From NCBI GenBank assembly GCA_019057475.1, contig DXJO01000049.1, positions 1 to 38,440 of the forward strand: a stretch of DNA of 38,440 bases, written 5' to 3'. The notes under the pieces were generated by a model. That model searched no databases and was not told the origin of the DNA. It saw nothing but the letters and a program-made list of their open reading frames with translations. The position numbers and the translations under genes are program-made. Below are positions 36,727 to 38,440 of this stretch, one piece after another (the stretch's first letter is position 1; each line of letters starts with the position of its first letter). This DNA is from Candidatus Thorarchaeota archaeon (lineage in GTDB: Archaea > Asgardarchaeota > Thorarchaeia > Thorarchaeales > Thorarchaeaceae).

Positions 36727-37209
36727 ATGAAAGGTGTGTATGCACTTGTGATTCAAATCGAGAAGAACCTTGCAACTACCGTAGGTGCATTGGGTCAAGT
36801 CGGGTTTCAGAGAGGAATCTGGATTTATGTGGGGTCGGCAACGGGAACGGGGTCAACCAATTTGGAAAATCGAGTCAGGCGGCACTTCACGGATGAGAAA
36901 GCCGTACACTGGCACATCGACTATCTTCTGAAGACAAACGCGAAACCCCTTCGTGCAATTTGGGCAGAATCCGATCGCGCGGCGGAATGTGATCTAGCAA
37001 GAGAAATGAACAAGTCGCCCCTATTTGTGGCGGGACCAAGGGGCTTTGGATCTTCAGACTGCACTAGAGGCTGTGGAACGCATCTGTTCCGATTCACAGG
37101 ACTTGGCAAGGTCGACGGAAGTATCCGAGGAATCCTCTCGAATTTGGGTTTGATCCCCTTCATAACAGAAAAGGACACTCGCCGTTGCCCGAAACTTGCA
37201 CAATCCTAG
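36727..37209 (+). CDS. GIY-YIG (Uri superfamily, DUF123) nuclease
   Basis: KGVYAL, GIWIYVGSA, RVRRH, HWHIDYLL, ECDLA, GFGSSDC..C.THL. Confidence 0.88.
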   Translation: MKGVYALVIQIEKNLATTVGALGQVGFQRGIWIYVGSATGTGSTNLENRVRRHFTDEKAVHWHIDYLLKTNAKPLRAIWAESDRAAECDLAREMNKSPLFVAGPRGFGSSDCTRGCGTHLFRFTGLGKVDGSIRGILSNLGLIPFITEKDTRRCPKLAQS

Positions 37210-37340
37210 ACATCAATGTCCTTGACTGATGTTCGGTTCCTGATTCATCGAGGTCTGCTCTGCAGATCCTATTGGATCTGCGACAAGTCTTACATCCTCT
37301 CCACAGGCGTTTTCTGTCTCCGTCCAACTGGCGGCGACAA
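37160..37340 (-). ncRNA. Putative TnpB omegaRNA (reRNA) scaffold plus flanking guide
   Basis: Overlaps the tnpB 3' end; hairpin GCAGATCC-AATA-GGATCTGC (37262-37281) and CATCA..TGATG stem. Boundaries are approximate. Confidence 0.55.
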
Positions 37341-38440
37341 GATTACATGCAGCGTTGAAATCGCGGTCCAGCTCCAACCCGCACTCATCACAGACGTAGA
37401 CTCTGTCTGATAAGCTCAGGTCGCTCTTGATATTCCCGCAGACTGAACATTTCTTCGATGACGGGTAGAATCTTGGGGCAACAACAAGTTCGGAACCGTA
37501 CCACTCGCACTTGTACCCCAATTGTCTTCTGAACTCGTAGAACCCTACATCAGCAATCACTCGGGACAGTCTCCTGTTCTTCAGCAGCCCTGAGACACAC
37601 AGGTCCTCAATCACTATCTGACTGTGGTTCTTGGCCAGATGGGTCGTGATCTTGTGCAGTGTGTCTTGCCGTATGTTGAAGACTCTTAGATGGAGTCTAG
37701 CAAGTCCAAGTCTTGCCTTCTCCCTGTTCTTGCTCCCTCTCTTCTTTCGTGATAGGCTCTTGGATAGTTTCCTCAGCTTTCTCAGTCTCTTCTCTAGGAT
37801 TCGCGGATTGGAATACGTAGTTCCATCAGAGAGAGTGGCCAGAGTCTTGACACCAAGGTCCACTCCTACAGGTCCGCCTTTTGGAGGTTCAGGAATAATT
37901 ATCTCCATCTCAACAGTCACTGATACATGCCATCTGTCAGCTCTTCTGGTCACGGTGGCCGACAGGACCCTTCCTTTGAAGTAGCTCTCTCTCTTCTCCT
38001 TGAGCCTGATTCTTCCTAGTCGTGGTAATTGAATCATTCGACCAATAAATCGGATAGTGCCAGTGAGCCTGAAACTGTCGTGTACACCCCGCTTCTTGAA
38101 CCTGGGAAATCCCACTCTCTTCCCGCACTTCAGTCCCCGATAGAAGTTCTTGAAGGCGCGTTCAAGGTCTCTCAGGGCTTCCTGTGGGGCACACTTGGAA
38201 ACCTCGTACATCCATGGGAAGACCGTTTTCTTCAGTCGGTTCAGTTCCCTGTGTTGTGCAATAGCACTGGCAAAACGCTTCTTGTCCTGATTCTGACGGT
38301 AGAGTGCGATTCTCTGCTGCAGACCCCAGTTGTAGGCAAAACGCGCACACCCGGCATGTCGAGAGAGCCTAGTCCTCTGCTGGTTGTTTGGGTCCAGTTC
38401 ATATTTGAAGGCTCTAGCAATCAGCATTGAACATCCACAC
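37182..38440 (-). mobile_element. IS200/IS605- or IS607-type TnpB element (left end outside the window)
   Basis: Intact tnpB; minus-strand downstream sequence ..TGTGCAAGTTTCGGGCAACGG resembles IS607-type right ends; no transposase visible in the window. Confidence 0.7.
37213..38427 (-). CDS. tnpB: RNA-guided endonuclease TnpB
   Basis: HTH_OrfB-like N-terminus (HAGCARFAYNWGL), RuvC GVDLG / VIEDL / DRDFNAA, zinc finger CSVC..CDEC. Confidence 0.95.
   Translation of the reverse strand: MLIARAFKYELDPNNQQRTRLSRHAGCARFAYNWGLQQRIALYRQNQDKKRFASAIAQHRELNRLKKTVFPWMYEVSKCAPQEALRDLERAFKNFYRGLKCGKRVGFPRFKKRGVHDSFRLTGTIRFIGRMIQLPRLGRIRLKEKRESYFKGRVLSATVTRRADRWHVSVTVEMEIIIPEPPKGGPVGVDLGVKTLATLSDGTTYSNPRILEKRLRKLRKLSKSLSRKKRGSKNREKARLGLARLHLRVFNIRQDTLHKITTHLAKNHSQIVIEDLCVSGLLKNRRLSRVIADVGFYEFRRQLGYKCEWYGSELVVAPRFYPSSKKCSVCGNIKSDLSLSDRVYVCDECGLELDRDFNAACNLVAASWTETENACGEDVRLVADPIGSAEQTSMNQEPNISQGH

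Noticed and set aside
36605-36775. N-terminal extension of the MBL ORF given in the track
   Set aside because: It overlaps the divergent GIY-YIG gene and promoter region; the MBL fold begins at MSAKEIVPGI.

Overview
Archaeal chromosomal window, most likely from an Asgard archaeon (Thorarchaeia-like). This assignment is inferred from the archaeal histone, eS25, ThiI and GluRS, from eukaryotic-signature proteins (a Vps22/36-type EAP30 domain, a longin-like protein and a longin-small GTPase fusion) and from a giant Ig-repeat surface protein. Left to right the window holds: a >1200-aa secreted protein running off the left edge (missed by the ORF track), DUF2334 deacetylase, histone, thiI, hydantoinase/oxoprolinase A+B, gltX, an AT-rich two-gene PIN islet, an ESCRT-II/longin/GTPase cluster, eS25 with a Lys-rich repeat tail and no canonical start codon, a GlmU-like transferase, AlaX, larB, an M20 deacylase, two tandem DapA-family aldolase/Fae fusions, two large coupled unknown helical proteins, an MBL hydrolase, a GIY-YIG (DUF123) nuclease and a TnpB element whose end overlaps that nuclease gene. 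The best candidate for an undescribed system is the tandem aldolase-Fae pair: its Fae domains are degenerate in complementary ways, suggesting a heteromeric formaldehyde-releasing/-capturing aldolase linked to H4MPT C1 metabolism. No tRNA, rRNA or CRISPR array was recognised. All family assignments come from motif recognition by eye; no database searches were run.
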